A stretch of 63,962 bases of DNA, filler included, from Octopus bimaculoides (lineage: Eukaryota): NCBI RefSeq assembly GCF_001194135.2. It is 7 parts of 6 records of this genome, joined end to end, with 100 filler letters (N's around TTAATTAATTAA, not from the genome) between each part and the next. Parts side by side here need not be neighbours in the genome. Positions count along the whole stretch, not along the records: positions 1 to 17,875 come from NC_068981.1; 6 more parts are not named here. The stretch is one strand, 5' to 3'. Made by a program: the position numbers and the translations under genes. The notes below the pieces were generated by a model, which was given only the letters and a program-made list of their open reading frames with translations, was not told where the DNA came from and ran no database searches. Shown in pieces: positions 1 to 12,492 of this stretch; the stretch's first letter is position 1, and every line of letters begins with the position of its first letter.

Positions 1-46
<46 letters not shown>
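1..46. repeat. (TG)n microsatellite
   Basis: Perfect TG run at the window start. Dozens of similar (TA)n, (TG)n, (CA)n and (TACA)n tracts occur through the window and are not all listed. Confidence 0.95.
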
Positions 47-54
<8 letters not shown>

Positions 55-639
55 TAAGTATGCTTGTATGCATGATATATTTCGTATTATTCTATCAAGG
101 GCTATTACTATAAGTAAAGCCACACACTCCAAGAGGATCCTAAAGTCAAACTACTTCAATAAATTCATACATGCACCGAATTCGAAGGAATGAACGTAGG
201 AGAAACGCTTTAGAAAATAGGTTTAGTTGTATATCATTAATAATTTAATGGTCAGCATGTATAATATGCTCTCATTCATCAGTACGAGCATAATCAGGAA
301 TTATAAATATAAATATCTATACATACCGTGTGAACAACAACAGATCCAGCAGAACATATACAAATGAAAGGGGTTTCTCTTTCTTGTTCATCGCGGCGGC
401 ATTTGTATATCGAAATAATTCAGCACTGAATATAGTCCGTTTTAAATTTTAAATAAGATATAGGGATAAAAATCTATATAAGTTGTTATCAAGTCAACAC
501 GTGAAAAACCAATTAAGGAAAAAAATTAATACAAAGTATGAGTGTGCGGAGAATAAACTGTCGAATCAATTACACAAAAATGAAAATGACACTGACATCT
601 CATTTTAACAGATATGTTTAACAAAATTACATAAAATAT

Positions 640-1356
640 CTTGAAATATTAAAGGGTAAATTCAATTAATAAAATCGCCATTGGCTTCAATCACGGCCCC
701 CAAACGACTTCGGAATCTCTTACTGGACGGTCTCCTTGTTAAACCTGATAAATGCTGCAGTAATCCTTGCCTTCAGTTCATCTTTGGTGTTACAAAGAGC
801 TTTGTTGGCCTCTCGTTCCACTGCGCCTCACACATAATAATCAAAGGGGTTGCAGTCTGGGAAGTTGAGTGACGAGATGTTAAGAGTGATGTGATGGCAT
901 AAATTGTTTGACAGCCGTGACTGGGATTTCCTGCTTCGGTGGCATGGTGCGGAGTGCTGTTGCTAGACATAGGGTCTTCCAGCAGCCATCCTTGTGACCC
1001 AGGGCAGCACTACCTCTTCCAGGCACTTGATGTAGTCCCCTTTGTTGAGTCTGAAGCTGAGTGGAAAGATGAATGGAGGCATAACGTCGCCTGGGTTTTT
1101 GATTTTATCACTCACGCTACATGTTAGATTTACACCCAAACACGCTGAAATCTTCTTAGTGGAGCTTCCGGTGTGAATGCCAAGAAGTACAGCATGTCGT
1201 TTCTGGCAGAGTGAACATGTCATGGTGTTGTTTCCCTCACACATGGGCCAACTGATCCTATCATACTGTGTAGTCGACAAAATCAAAAACAAACAAAATG
1301 CGCATGCTCGAAATTAAAAATGTAAAATAGTAATAATTTACCCATCGCACCCTGTA
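640..1356 (-). mobile_element. Tc1/mariner DD37D (maT-like) transposase remnant, internally deleted
   Basis: Minus strand reads DVMPPFIFPLSFRLNKGDYIKCLEEVVLPWVTRMAAGRPYV*QQHSAPCHRSRKSQSRLSNNLCHHITLNISSLNFPDCNPFDYYV. I count 37 residues between the second catalytic position (D mutated to H) and the NPFD aspartate. A CAGGGTG-type end followed by TA lies at about 1349-1356. Confidence 0.75.
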
Positions 1357-2014
1357 TATATATATATATTATATTGTTTATATATAGGTATATGTACATA
1401 CATATACACACATAGATAAATGCATACATGCATACATATATACATTCATGCATTCACACATATATACACACATATATAATCAGCCGGCTAAGTGCAGCCT
1501 CCCTTATTTTTTAATCATTGTGTTTCTATATCAGTGACGGTGGATTTTGTCTAAGTACGCAGCTGCCAATGGGCCTCTCAAGGAGGCTGAAATGCACACC
1601 TAACAATACCACCACCGCTGCTAGGCGATTTTCATCTATTGCTAGCATAATGTTGTCTTTTTTATCACTGAGTATATATAAAAACTAAAATCTCAGGTCG
1701 AAAACCGCAATTAAGTTGGTTTTCCGTGTTATATCTGCATTAAGTAAGATACACAGATTGCTATTTTCAACTAATACTTTTAAAATTGTACCACATCTTT
1801 TACATGTGACGAATGTGTGTGTGTGTGTGTGTGTGTGTGATTGTGTTTGAGCTTCAGACTGTATGTTTGGATGTGCATATATACATGTGTGCTGTGTGTT
1901 TGTCTACTCATTTCTTCCCTCTCGAGTCGATACCATCCTTTGAGATCATATATTTGCTGTGTGTGTTCTCAGAAACATTTCTATCCACCATTCTATCAAA
2001 TCCATCTATCAAAC

Positions 2015-2187
2015 CTAATGAATGAGAAAAGCTTGTTTTGTAATGTTTGCAGTCGTGTATGCTTGTCAACAGCAGGACTCATTAGCCACCAACAGAGCCG
2101 CAAATGCAAAATATAAGTTAGTCTTAGAGCGTACAATATTCCTAAATGTCAGCAATGATCATTCTCGGTCACAAATGGATGGCCATC
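2015..2187 (+). mobile_element. RTE-type LINE 3' end fragment (C2H2-like motif)
   Basis: Reads EKSLFCNVCSRVCLSTAGLISHQQSRKCKI*, resembling the C-x2-C...GL.SH C-terminal motif of RTE ORF2. It is followed by a short 3' UTR ending gatggccatca. Confidence 0.5.
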
Positions 2188-3189
2188 ATATATATATATA
2201 TGTATATGTAAAATTATGTGACACTTATTCGGTAGTCATGATAAAACTCCGAGTTTCGGATGCCGAGGTGGAACCCACGCCGCCATCTCTTCATTTATCC
2301 TGCCATTGAAAATTCCTGTGAAAAATGACCGTTAAACAAAGGGAAATTACTGTGTGGTTGACCGTTATTAAGACAAAAGAGCTATGGACCGCTAAGTAAG
2401 GGGAGGGAGTAAAGGTAAGGGAATAGAAAAGTCTATAGTGCTCGCCTAAGCGCACNNNNNNNNNNNNNNNNNNNNNNNNNNNNNNNNNNNNNNNNNNNNN
2501 NNNNNNNNNNNNNNNNNNNNNNNNNNNNNNNNNNNNNNNNNNNNNNNNNNNNNNNNNNNNNNNNNNNNNNNNNNNNNNNNNNNNNNNNNNNNNNNNNNNN
2601 NNNNNNNNNNNNNNNNNNNNNNNNNNNNNNNNNNNNNNNNNNNNNNNNNNNNNNNNNNNNNNNNNNNNNNNNNNNNNNNNATATATATATATATATATAC
2701 ACATATACATATACATATATATATACCCGCATACACACCCACACACACACGCGCTCAACACCCTCGCACCCATACACACGCACGCAAAAAACTCACAGGG
2801 CTAAAAGCATATTACAGAAGAAAATGTGAAAAAGCTATAGGGTTGAAGCGCGTCTATATGCGCATATTTTCGCATGCACGCACATACATCTATATACGCA
2901 CGTACCCGCACACCCGCACACATTCGCAAGTGCGCACACAAGGTTCCATGTACGTGTCTATAGACGCACAGGAAAAAAGCGGGGTGGAGGAGAGAATACA
3001 AAAAAAATATATGTGGAAAATATACAAACATTATCTCTATAAATATATAAAAAATATATTAAAAGAAACATATAAGAAAACTAAGTAAATAGTATAGAGA
3101 GATAAAAAGCTTATACATAGACACAATATAGAAAGCAAGTCGTATCAGTAAACTCAGGGGAACCAAAAACGTAGCAAATATTTAGCCAC

Positions 3190-3740
3190 GTGAACATGAT
3201 CCGAAAAGTTCAGTTCTTGAATTTAGACATGTGGCGGGGGTCTAAGCTGCCTTTCCAGATGAGCCATCTTTCCATATCACATAGACCACACCTTCTGCTG
3301 CCGCTTGTGTAAGGTTTACAATTGGCTAAGATCTTCCAATGGATGTTGTAACTGACACCTTTATCTTTTAAGGACCATATATGACTGGATAATTTTGTCG
3401 TTTTCCTTTTTGTCCCAGTGTCTGAAGCTCAAGGTGTGATTATTGAACCTGGCCTTGAAATTACCCTGCGTAAGGCCCACGTATTTTTTCGTCGAAACTT
3501 TGTCCTTAGTAGGTATAGTCCACGGTAGCCTCATAAATGATGGTTTCGGACATGCAAGCTCCATTTAGCGGGCACAAATTTTTATCTCTTTCTTTCTTTT
3601 GTTGTCCTTTCTATCAATAAGTTCCCTCCCGTACACTGCTTTTTTCCGTAAGGGCTAATACAGCTTATTTTGGAGAATCGCCAGAAATCGGTTGAGGGCT
3701 CTGCGCTTTAACCTTATAGCTTTATCACACTTTCTTCTGT
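3190..3740 (-). mobile_element. Penelope-like element, GIY-YIG endonuclease region (degenerate)
   Basis: KKYVGLTQGNFKARFNNHTLSFRH (YIG motif), followed downstream by W-ILAN-CKPYTSGSRRCGLC and ELFGSC-H. This matches the PLE C-terminal CxxC motif. Confidence 0.75.
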
Positions 3741-4526
3741 AATTTGCTTTTAGCCCTGTGAAAGAGATATCGATATTATGTAAATGGAGGAATTTATCTG
3801 TAAAAATATGTGACACTTATTTGGTAGCCATGATAANNNNNNNNNNNNNNNNNNNNNNNNNNNNNNNNNNNNNNNNNNNNNNNNNNNNNNNNNNNNNNNN
3901 NNNNNNNNNNNNNNNNNNNNNNNNNNNNNNNNNNNNNNNNNNNNNNNNNNNNNNNNNNNNNNNNNNNNNNNNNNNNNNNNNNNNNNNNNNNNNNNNNNNN
4001 NNNNNNNNNNNNNNNNNNNNNNNNNNNNNNNNNNNNNNNNNNNNNNNNNNNNNNNNNNNNNNNNNNNNNNNNNNNNNNNNNNNNNNNNNNNNNNNNNNNN
4101 NNNNNNNNNNNNNNNNNNNNNNNNNNNNNNNNNNNNNNNNNNNNNNNNNNNNNNNNNNNNNNNNNNNNNNNNNNNNNNNNNNNNNNNNNNNNNNNNNNNN
4201 NNNNNNNNNNNNNNNNNNNNNNNNNNNNNNNNNNNNNNNNNNNNNNNNNNNNNNNNNNNNNNNNNNNNNNNNNNNNNNNNNNNNNNNNNNNNNNNNNNNN
4301 NNNNNNNNNNNNNNNNNNNNNNNNNNNNNNNNNNNNNNNNNNNNNNNNNNNNNNNNNNNNNNNNNNNNNNNNNNNNNNNNNNNNNNNNNNNNNNNNNNNN
4401 NNNNNNNNNNNNNNNNNNNNNNNNNNNNNNNNNNNNNNNNNNNNNNNNNNNNNNNNNNNNNNNNNNNNNNNNNNNNNNNNNNNNNNNNNNNNNNNNNNNN
4501 NNNNNNNNNNNNNNNNNNNNNNNNNN

Positions 4527-4770
4527 AAAATATTATAATAATCCCTTTCGCTATGCAAATAAAAAATAACATAGTGAAAACAATTTTTAGTTTAATTAAC
4601 AAGCATTTTACAAAAGGAAAAACAAATATTGGGAGATAATCAATAACAAAACAATAAGAATACGATATAGTCTAACACATAACCTAGCTACCATCATCTC
4701 CTAAATTAACAACAGAAAACTGAACACCTTCTATCTAAGTAGAAAAAATAACAGAAGTAATACTAACGTA

Positions 4771-4812
<42 letters not shown>

Positions 4813-5160
4813 TGTTAACACCAATAACATAAACCCTACACAGCCACACAGAGCATGTGATTGTAGAATAAGTAGTAATTGTGTATTTACTAATAACTGC
4901 ATTAGAAAGGAGGTAGTATATCAATGTTTAGTATGTACACAATATGACTGCAAGGTATATGTGGGTGCGACAAAGAACAATATGAAACAGAGACTTAATT
5001 ATCACACTATACATTTAGAAACAGAAATAGAAGAAATTCTACAGGGTTAAGTAGCTACAAATGAGAACTTAAGGATGGGGGAATTAACTATAAATTAAAT
5101 TGAAAAATATTAACATCAGCACCTGCATATAATACTAAAAATAGTAAATGTTTGTTATGT
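4527..5160 (+). mobile_element. Penelope-like element, linker plus GIY-YIG region (degenerate, contains an (AAT)n expansion)
   Basis: NIIIIPFAMQIKNNIVKTIFSLINKHF, then NCIRKEVVYQC...KVYVGATKNNMKQRLNYH and KILTSAPAYNTKNSKCLLC in shifted frames. Confidence 0.7.
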
Positions 5161-5162
5161 AT

Positions 5163-5555
5163 TACTCTCTTTTACTATTTTACTTGTTTCAGTCATTTTA
5201 CTGCGACCTTGCTGGAGCTCCGCCTTTAGTCGAACAAATCGACCCAAGGACTTATTCTTTGTNNNNNNNNNNGTGCGTAACTGGTACTTATTTAATCGAC
5301 CCCGAAAGGATGAAAGACAAAGACAACCTCGGCGTAATTTGAACTCAGAACGTAGCGGCAGACGAAATACCGCTAAGGATTTCGCCCGGCGTGCTAACGT
5401 TTCGTCATATATACGACGGGCTTCTTTCAGTTTCCGTCTACCAAATCCACTCGCAAGGCTTTGGTCCGAGGCTATAGTAGGAGACACTTACCCAAGGTGC
5501 CAAGCAAGGGGACGGAACCAGGAACCATGTGGCTGGTAAGCAAGCCACTTACCAC
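5163..5555 (-). mobile_element. tRNA-derived SINE (family A) with a second SINE (family C, about 5273-5405) nested in or fused to it
   Basis: The head matches the copy at 7817. The 3' part cagtcattttactgcgacc...gacttattctttgt also matches. The internal segment matches the family C copies at 44030-44170 and 53960-54110. Confidence 0.75.
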
Positions 5556-5780
5556 AACGAAATTTTCTTTATAACTGGGACTAAAAATCCGATTATTAAC
5601 AGTTTTAAAGAACGCAACTTCTGTCTTCATAAAATTCGACATACCTTTTCCAAATTCCACTAGAACCTAGTATTAAAACACCCCTACTAACATAATAATA
5701 ATAAGTATTATTATTATTATTCGAGTTATTATTATTACTATACTGTATATTATTATATAATCTGTGATAATTATGCAGAT

Positions 5781-6520
5781 AGGCGCGGGAGTGGCTGTGT
5801 GGTAAGTAGCTTGCCTACCAACCACATGGTTCTGGGTTCAGTCCCACTGCGTGACACCTTGGGCAAGTGTCTTCTACTATAGCCTCGGGCCGACCAAAGC
5901 CTTGTGAGTGAATTTGGTAGACGGAAACTGAAAGAAGCCAGTCGTATATATGTATATATATNNNNNNNNNNNNNNNNNNNNNNNNNNNNNNNNNNNNNNN
6001 NNNNNNNNNNNNNNNNNNNNNNNNNNNNNNNNNNNNNNNNNNNNNNNNNNNNNNNNNNNNNNNNNNNNNNNNNNNNNNNNNNNNNNNNNNNNNNNNNNNN
6101 NNNNNNNNNNNNNNNNNNNNNNNNNNNNNNNNNNNNNNNNNNNNNNNNNNNNNNNNNNNNNNNNNNNNNNNNNNNNNNNNNNNNNNNNNNNNNNNNNNNN
6201 NNNNNNNNNNNNNNNNNNNNNNNNNNNNNNNNNNNNNNNNNNNNNNNNNNNNNNNNNNNNNNNNNNNNNNNNNNNNNNNNNNNNNNNNNNNNNNNNNNNN
6301 NNNNNNNNNNNNNNNNNNNNNNNNNNNNNNNNNNNNNNNNNNNNNNNNNNNNNNNNNNNNNNNNNNNNNNNNNNNNNNNNNNNNNNNNNNNNNNNNNNNN
6401 NNNNNNNNNNNNNNNNNNNNNNNNNNNNNNNNNNNNNNNNNNNNNNNNNNNNNNNNNNNNNNNNNNNNNNNNNNNNNNNNNNNCCACAGTCAAATGACTG
6501 AAACAAGTAAAAGAGTAAAG
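5781..6520 (+). mobile_element. tRNA-derived SINE family A, spanning an assembly gap
   Basis: Head ggcgcgggagtggctgtgtggtaagtagc...ggttctgggttcagtccc carries A-box and B-box-like motifs. The tail gtcaaatgactgaaacaagtaaaaga resumes after the N run. Confidence 0.8.
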
Positions 6521-7518
6521 AGTATATATATATATATATATATATATACAAAAGAATGTATATATTAAGTTAGCTATGATTATATACATGTATGTATCTG
6601 TGAGTATATATTACTATTGTTGCTACTTTTGTATTTATATATGTGGATATATGTGTGTATATATATATACGGTTATATATATATGCATGTGTGTGTGTAT
6701 GTATTGTATGTGTATGTGTATGTATATGGATACAGTCATTCATGTGCAACCCATTACAAAACCAATAAATTGATTGATTGATTGATTAATTAATTAATTA
6801 ATTAATTAATTAACTGACTGATTGATAAGTTGATTGAATAATGGACCTAATTTTTTTAGAATATTCTTTTCATAATTACAGACCTCAATTTACCAGAGTT
6901 GCCTCCTTTCTTTCTATTTATAACTAAAAACCCACCACTACTATCATACCTCTCAAATATAACATTAAGAGTAATTAACTAATTAAATAGACTGAAATAC
7001 TTTAAAGGACTGAATGACTAATGGTTTTATTAATTGACTTAACGCTATTACATGGAGTCTTGCATTTGAGACATTTTGTCAGATAAAAATAGATTTTAAA
7101 CATAATTTTAGCGATATTATTTGTTTTGATAAATTTCCCCTTCCTCTGTTTATACTTTATCTAATGAGAATAATATTATACACCTCATAACAATAATAAT
7201 TGATTCCTCTCTATGCATATACATAGACTATACAGATCAATATATATATATATATATATATATANNNNNNNNNNNNNNNNNNNNNNNNNNNNNNNNNNNN
7301 NNNNNNNNNNNNNNNNNNNNNNNNNNNNNNNNNNNNNNNNNNNNNNNNNNNNNNNNNNNNNNNNNNNNNNNNNNNNNNNNNNNNNNNNNNNNNNNNNNNN
7401 NNNNNNNNNNNNNNNGTGTGTGTGTGTTTATGTATATTTGTGTATATGTATGTATATGCAAAAGTGTGTATATATGTATGTATTTATATTTATAACTTAA
7501 CCTTATGAACTTTCTAAA

Positions 7519-7642
7519 CTCTCTGACGAAGCCCAGAGACACACCCAAGTATCTTAATCTTATCTACAAAATACTTCAGTTCACTGAAGGGATGGAAGGA
7601 GAGTGGGGGTACTATGGCCCTTGGCTGAAACAGCTGTAAGAG
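7519..7642 (+). ncRNA. Type I minimal hammerhead ribozyme motif (PLE-associated type) with an enlarged stem II loop
   Basis: CTCT(7519-22) CTGACGA(7523-29) AGCCCAG ...84 nt... CTTGGCT GAAAC(7627-31) AGCT GTA(7636-38) AGAG(7639-42). The core is canonical, stem I is CUCU/AGAG, stem II has 6 of 7 pairs, and loop III is the palindrome AGCU. Confidence 0.7.
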
Positions 7643-7816
7643 ACAATCCTACTTTCTATGCTCAACGTTATATATTTTAATAATTACGGGTATTTTTATA
7701 TATTATATATGCAAAGCATGATATGTTATACATGTATGTATATTGTTATATTGTAATAAGTGTTTTTTAAAAAATAAATAAATAGACATTATATAATGTC
7801 TAAAAGTTGATGGGAA

Positions 7817-8210
7817 GGCGCAGGAGTGGCTGTGTGGTAAGTAGCTTGTTTACCAACCACATGGTTCCGGGTTCAGTCCCACTGTGTGGCATCTTGAGCA
7901 AGTGACTTCTACTATAGCCTCAGGCCGACCAAAGCCTTGTGAGTGGATTTGGTAGACGGAAACTGAAAGAAGCCAGTCGTATCTATGTATATATGTATAT
8001 ATATGTGTGTGTGTCTGTGTTTGTCCCCCCAACATCGCTTGACAACCGATGCTGGTGTGTTTACGTCACCGTAACTTAGCGGTTCGGCAAAGGCGAACGA
8101 TATAATAAGTACTAGACTTACAAAGAATAAGTCCTGGGGTCAATATGTTCGACTAAAGGTGGTGCTCCAGCATGGCCGCAGTCAAATGACTCAAACAAGT
8201 AAAAGAGTAA
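7817..8210 (+). mobile_element. Full-length tRNA-derived SINE family A with an internal microsatellite
   Basis: Pol III A-box and B-box-like head (tggctgtgtgg; ggttccgggttcagtccc), a central TA/TG tract, and a tail ending aagtaaaaga. More than 10 related copies occur in the window. Confidence 0.85.
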
Positions 8211-8249
8211 TACCACCTCTTGATCCCCTCCATTTTCTTATTGCTTATA

Positions 8250-8320
<71 letters not shown>

Positions 8321-8693
8321 AAGGTTATCTCTACAAGTCATTAATATATTTATATATACGGAAGTATTTATTAGGACTTTGGGTATATATTTAGTACAAC
8401 GCTGATTAAAACACTTTCGCCGTTTAGACTACCTGATGTCATCCACAGTTTTGATGTAATCCCCCTGCTTTGTAAATGAGTAAAAATTATGAAATTTTAA
8501 ACTTCTGTAACTTTTTAAAGATAATTTTCTGGAATAAAAGAATTATGCTCTGAGATTCAGCGTGAAAAATTACATTAATACATCAAATGTGAATTTTTTT
8601 ACATAATTCTAAAATTTAAAAAAATTAAACCAAACAGAAAAGGTCCAATTAATCAATTAATTTAATATCAAATTTTATTATTTTCTATTTCAG

Positions 8694-9677
8694 ATGTTAA
8701 GGTTCCTTGAAAAGAAACGTGCATTGATAGGCTTTTCCCTAATCGTCTTGTTGGTGTTGCTACGTTTGAAAGCAGACTCACACTCAAAAAAGTACCAAAT
8801 AAACAGACAGAAAAGCCTAGTTAATAAGTCAGAAAAAAACAAGTTTTTATTAGTCCTTGCCACCACGTGGAACTTATCACCAGAAAAACTTGCAATTTAT
8901 GAAAATACAGCCCAAATATGGAGGAGTTGGCCATTATTATTGCAACCTGTATTATATAGATCAGCAGTACCCAAGGATAATGTAAATAGAAGCCAGCTGG
9001 ATATGTATTTAAAAAATAATTGGAAGATAAAGAACGTTCCAAAAGTAGCCTGCGGTCAAATACCAGTTTTAAAATCGATGATTCTTGAAGTTCGTGCCTC
9101 TTTTACTGATCCCGACTTTTATGGCTATGCAAATGCTGACATTCTTTTCGATCAGAGTCTTATCAGTACGCTAAAAACTATTAAGGAAAAGATACCACAA
9201 AATAAACCTATATTAATAGTTGGTCAGAGGATAAACGTTAATTTTACAAATCATACATACGTTGTGAATTCTCATAATGTTCGTAAGATAGCTAAAAGCG
9301 GAGATTTAATGACAGGCATAGCAGTGGATTACTTTATTACAAATCGACACTTTCCTTGGAATCAAATCTTTGATTTCGTTGTTGGACGTAGTAAATATGA
9401 TAATTGGTTGATCTCTTTTGCAAATTCTCAAAATATGATAGTTATTGATGCTACAAAAACTCTAACTGCTGTTCATCAAACAACAACGGACGGTAATAAT
9501 GCAGGATGGAAGCATCCTAATAAATACTGTAATGTTCATATCATCCAAGCTAATTCCCCAAAATTCAAAATGACTTGGGGTTCTACAGTTTGTGCCCCTT
9601 ATTATACTAAAAGCAATCGAACAACAAATGAGATAGATATTCTATACAGAAAGACCTCTCGATCATGCAGACCTTAA
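8694..9677 (+). CDS. Uncharacterised type II membrane protein, probable GT-A-fold glycosyltransferase-like (327 aa, single coding exon)
   Basis: Uninterrupted 981-nt ORF in AT-rich DNA. It has a short basic N-terminus and a hydrophobic anchor (ALIGFSLIVLLVLL), FYGYANADILFD (DxD-like), VDYFIT, VVGRSKYDNWL and HQTT. A polypyrimidine tract plus CAG splice acceptor directly precedes the ATG, and AATAAA lies at 9831. Confidence 0.8.
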   Translation: MLRFLEKKRALIGFSLIVLLVLLRLKADSHSKKYQINRQKSLVNKSEKNKFLLVLATTWNLSPEKLAIYENTAQIWRSWPLLLQPVLYRSAVPKDNVNRSQLDMYLKNNWKIKNVPKVACGQIPVLKSMILEVRASFTDPDFYGYANADILFDQSLISTLKTIKEKIPQNKPILIVGQRINVNFTNHTYVVNSHNVRKIAKSGDLMTGIAVDYFITNRHFPWNQIFDFVVGRSKYDNWLISFANSQNMIVIDATKTLTAVHQTTTDGNNAGWKHPNKYCNVHIIQANSPKFKMTWGSTVCAPYYTKSNRTTNEIDILYRKTSRSCRP

Positions 9678-9992
9678 ATATATTAGTGCACCAGAATATT
9701 AATCATTGTATTTTGAAATATTCTTCCCAAAACAAAAGATATAGATATTTATTTAAAATTGGATTCGTAAATATCAGTTTTATTAAGGTATGTGTATATA
9801 CGTGTATGTCTGTTTGTGTGTGCGTATTGTAATAAAGATAAAAAGAAAGGATAATCTGGATAATGCTACACATACACTACAATAATCTCATCGGTGGGAT
9901 ATCACTTAATCTAAAGAACTTCTTATAGAGTATTATCTGAGTTATGAAAACGAGTTACTGTATAATGTTACATGATCTCGCAAGTTATTATA

Positions 9993-10224
9993 CAGGGTTG
10001 GCCAAAAGTCACCTGACAGTAAATCAAAACCAATTCAATCCAAGATTTCTTTATGTTTACCAACTGAATGAATTTAATAAAAGCGTCTAAATATGAAACA
10101 TCATGCAAATAGTTCAAACTGAAGTCCTGCCTTAGCGATACATTTTTCCATTTGAATTAATACAGAATTACAGATAGTATTTATGGAATTTTGATTTACT
10201 ATCGGGAGACTTTGGCCAACCATG
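9993..10224. mobile_element. Tc1/mariner-type MITE (232 bp)
   Basis: TA-CAGGGTTGGCCAAAAGTCACCTGACAGTAAATCAAAA ... TTTTGATTTACTATCGGGAGACTTTGGCCAACCATG-TA. The TIRs are about 37 bp and the TSD is TA. Confidence 0.85.
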
Positions 10225-10452
10225 TATACCAAACTATTCATTCGTTTTATCTTAATCACCGTTATTACTCCGATAAACATACCAATTACTCCTTGAATAC
10301 TCTTTGATTTGCAGACTACGGGATGTCAAAGAAATATCTTATCAACTTGACCATTACCACTGGTAATTTTCCGTTTACACTCCCGAGCCAAAGCATATAG
10401 CGTGCTTCACTTTTGATTTGCCTTCATCAATTCTTTTGCTACCTTTATGTTT

Positions 10453-10494
<42 letters not shown>

Positions 10495-11458
10495 CAGTCA
10501 AATTAGCTAGTTAGAAAATCTATCTGCGCGATGAAAGCAGTAAGTATACTGAGAACTAATGTTTGTCGCCAAATTCAACACGGCTGTTCCGTAGGAACCG
10601 ATGTCATGACCATTTTAACACCAAGAAGACGCCTCCTGCAGTTGGTTATTGGAAGCAATATGCACCCAATATATGTAGCAGGCAGGGGAAACTACCAGAC
10701 CGTACGGTATCGAACTCTTTGGTTATTATCCGCTCAGTTGACGAAAATGAATAGTACTTGTACTTCAAAGGACAGACCTTGTCACATTCTGTGTCACGCG
10801 GAATCTCCATGGAAACTATATTAAGGGTACATATGTCTGCTGAGTGCTTAGCCATTTACACATTAATTTCAACTGGAACCCACATCCTCGTAACCACCGG
10901 GAGTGCCAGTATACGTACATATACACGCACATACACTCACACACAAACACGCACACGCACACACACTCTCACACAAACTCACACATACACACGCATATGT
11001 ATGTGTATATATATATATATATNNNNNNNNNNNNNNNNNNNNNNNNNNNNNNNNNNNNNNNNNNNNNNNNNNNNNNNNNNNNNNNNNNNNNNNNNNNNNN
11101 NNNNNNNNNNNNNNNNNNNNNNNNNNNNNNNNNNNNNNNNNNNNNNNNNNNNNNNNNNNNNNNNNNNNNNNNNNNNNNNNNNNNNNNNNNNNNNNNNNNN
11201 NNNNNNNNNNNNNNNNNNNNNNNNNNNNNNNNNNNNNNNNNNNNNNNNNNNNNNNNNNNNNNNNNNNNNNNNNNNNNNNNNNNNNNNNNNNNNNNNNNNN
11301 NNNNNNNNNNNNNNNNNNNNNNNNNNNNNNNNNNNNNNNNNNNNNNNNNNNNNNNNNNNNNNNNNNNNNNNNNNNNNNNNNNNNNNNNNNNNNNNNNNNN
11401 NNNNNNNNNNNNNNNNNNNNNNNNNNNNNNNNNNNNNNNNNNNNNNNNNNNNNNNNNN

Positions 11459-11490
<32 letters not shown>

Positions 11491-11882
11491 ATGAAGTAGT
11501 TTTATTTTGAATCCCTCAACACCTGTAGCGTTACTTATAATAATAGCCCTTGACATAATAATGTATTTTCTATATAAGGAAAAATAATATAAATAATTCG
11601 TTCCAGCACAAGATCTCAGATCAGGTCACTTTCTATGCAAGTACATCTCCGAAAAATAATATATTTTGTATTAATTTTTCCTTTAATTAGTTTTGCCCGA
11701 TTAGGAGTAGATAGACAGCCGACAGCTGATGAAGGGATGCTTCTTGTGTTACTTGTCCTGTTTTCCATTTGTTTCTCTTGTTGTTTGCGTTTTGAAATCA
11801 TTTGTCTTCATATGGAAGCAATCGGTGAAGCCGTTTTCGCGTGAAAAGCGAATACACACACATCTCTATTTTATATATTAGA

Positions 11883-11933
<51 letters not shown>

Positions 11934-12441
11934 GCATATGTATATATATGCATATGTATATGTGTGTGTGGGTGTNNNNNNNNNNNNNNNNNNNNNNNNN
12001 NNNNNNNNNNNNNNNNNNNNNNNNNNNNNNNNNNNNNNNNNNNNNNNNNNNNNNNNNNNNNNNNNNNNNNNNNNNNNNNNNNNNNNNNNNNNNNNNNNNN
12101 NNNNNNNNNNNNNNNNNNNNNNNNNNNNNNNNNNNNNNNNNNNNNNNNNNNNNNNNNNNNNNNNNNNNNNNNNNNNNNNNNNNNNNNNNNNNNNNNNNNN
12201 NNNNNNNNNNNNNNNNNNNNNNNNNNNNNNNNNNNNNNNNNNNNNNNNNNNNNNNNNNNNNNNNNNNNNNNNNNNNNNNNNNNNNNNNNNNNNNNNNNNN
12301 NNNNNNNNNNNNNNNNNNNNNNNNNNNNNNNNNNNNNNNNNNNNNNNNNNTTGAAATCATTTGTCTTCATATGGAAGCAATCGGTGAAGCCGTTTTCGCG
12401 TGAAAAGCGAATACACACACATCTCTATTTTATATATTAGA

Positions 12442-12492
<51 letters not shown>

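Noticed and set aside
240-290. Other CTGATGA or GAAAC half-motifs (about 240-290 on -, 11727, 36150-36200, 41100-41250)
   Set aside because: I could not find both core halves with pairing stems. They may be decayed PLE hammerheads but are unsupported as called.
10531-10900. Overlapping short ORFs after the GT-like gene
   Set aside because: They have no recognisable motif in any frame and run into a microsatellite and gap.
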